A DNA stretch of 63,819 bases, counting the filler, from Lama guanicoe (Eukaryota), in the NCBI GenBank assembly GCA_013239625.1. It is 99 parts of 99 records of this genome, joined end to end, with 100 filler letters (N's around TTAATTAATTAA, not from the genome) between each part and the next. Parts side by side here need not be neighbours in the genome. Positions count along the whole stretch, not along the records: positions 62,569 to 63,487 come from PNXV01028151.1; positions 63,588 to 63,819 come from PNXV01028160.1; 97 more parts are not named here. The stretch is one strand, 5' to 3'. A model generated the notes under the pieces. That model saw nothing but the letters and a program-made list of their open reading frames with translations. It ran no database searches and was not told the origin of the DNA. Below are positions 62,569 to 63,819 of the stretch, piece after piece. Each line of letters opens with the position of its first letter. Within the stretch, counting starts at the first letter, position 1. A program made the translations under genes and the position numbers.

Positions 62569-63487
62569 ACCAGAGTGAATGTTTCCCCTGCAACCTGTTC
62601 CCTTTGTGCTAGATGAAGGAACTTCTCTCCACATGCTCAGTATTGAGAGTTAAGCGTGTGTGTAAAGCCGTCCTTCAACTAGCTTGTTGGGAACACAAAG
62701 TTTCTCTTCAGTTGCAAAAAACACTACATACCTTTATATAGTGAGGTACAAGCTCAAATTCGCTTTTACAGTGAAAACTGCCGGAACTTAAAAAAAGGCA
62801 CTAAGAAACAGACTGAGAAATCAGAGAATGTGTTTCTCCTGCAAATTGTTCCCTTTGTGCTAGATGAACGAACATCTCTCCACATAAAAACTTTTGAGGG
62901 TAAAACGTGTATGAGAGGTGCCGTTCACCTTGCTTGTTGGGAGCACAAAATTTCTATTCAGTTGCCAAATCCACTACATACATATATATGGGGTGGTACA
63001 AGCTCCAACTAGGATGTACAGTGAAAGCTGCAGGAACTTCTAACCAGCACTTGGAAACTGACTGAGAAACCAAAGTAAGTGTTTCTCCTGCAAACTCTTC
63101 CCTTTCTGCTAGATGAACGAAAGTCTCTCCACATGCTATGTTTTGAGAGTTAAGCGTGTGTGAAAGCAGTCCTTCACCTAGCTCATTGGGAACACAAAGT
63201 TTCTATTGCTTTGTGAACTCCACTACATATATATATATATGTGAGGTAGAAGCTGCAACTCGGGTTTACAGTGAAAACAGGAGTACCTACAAAACGTCAA
63301 TAGGAACAGACTAAGAATCCAGAGTAAGTGTTCTCCTGCAACATGTTTCTTTTGTTCTAGAAGAACGAAAGTCTCTCCGCATGATCAGTTTTCAGAGTTA
63401 AACGTGTATGAATGGCGTCCTTCACCTTGCTTGTTGGAAACACAAAGATTCTCTTCAGTTGCAAATTCCACTACATACATATATATG
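62569..63487. repeat. 249-bp satellite (~3.7 monomers, heterogeneous)
   Basis: Four repeats of TTTGTGCTAGATGAA-like and GGGAACACAAAG-like motifs. Confidence 0.95.
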
Positions 63488-63819
63488 NNNNNNNNNNNNN
63501 NNNNNNNNNNNNNNNNNNNNNNNNNNNNNNNTTAATTAATTAANNNNNNNNNNNNNNNNNNNNNNNNNNNNNNNNNNNNNNNNNNNNACACTCAGAGGCG
63601 CTAAAATGAGGCCAGGAGTGTTCGGGCAGGTCTGAGCCAGGTCAGGACTCCCTCTGCCGCACCACATGTCCACCTGCTGGCACGTGATCCTCACATTTCT
63701 GACACCCATGCCCTGGCACCTCCAGAGGAGACAGGTTCTCAGAGCCGCCACCCTATTTCCAGCGCAAAGTGGCCAGCTGAAAAGCTCCATTGATTAGGCA
63801 AAACAGATTCATTGGACCT

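Overview
This window is not a contiguous locus. It is about 99 short mammalian contigs (roughly 230-970 bp each) joined by an identical artificial 100-bp spacer, N44-TTAATTAATTAA-N44, which places stop codons in all six frames. Neighbouring segments therefore have no biological adjacency. The donor is most likely a camelid, possibly South American, based on a vic-1-type tRNA-Ala SINE and a 266-267-bp satellite. The content is mostly repeats. There are three satellite families (AGAATAT-heptamer, 249 bp, 266-267 bp), 79-bp and 57-bp minisatellites, L1/L2/MIR fragments, ERV LTR and pol remnants, and Tigger/MER DNA transposons. Only one cellular coding sequence is recognisable: the intact C-terminal PTB domain plus 3'UTR of tensin-2 (TNS2), present without its introns (a young retrocopy or cDNA). 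There is also one CpG-island promoter fragment and a near-identical contig pair. Almost all other ORFs in the track are repeat artefacts. I found no support for a new multi-gene system. Repeat family names come from recalled consensus sequences and need RepeatMasker/Dfam confirmation.
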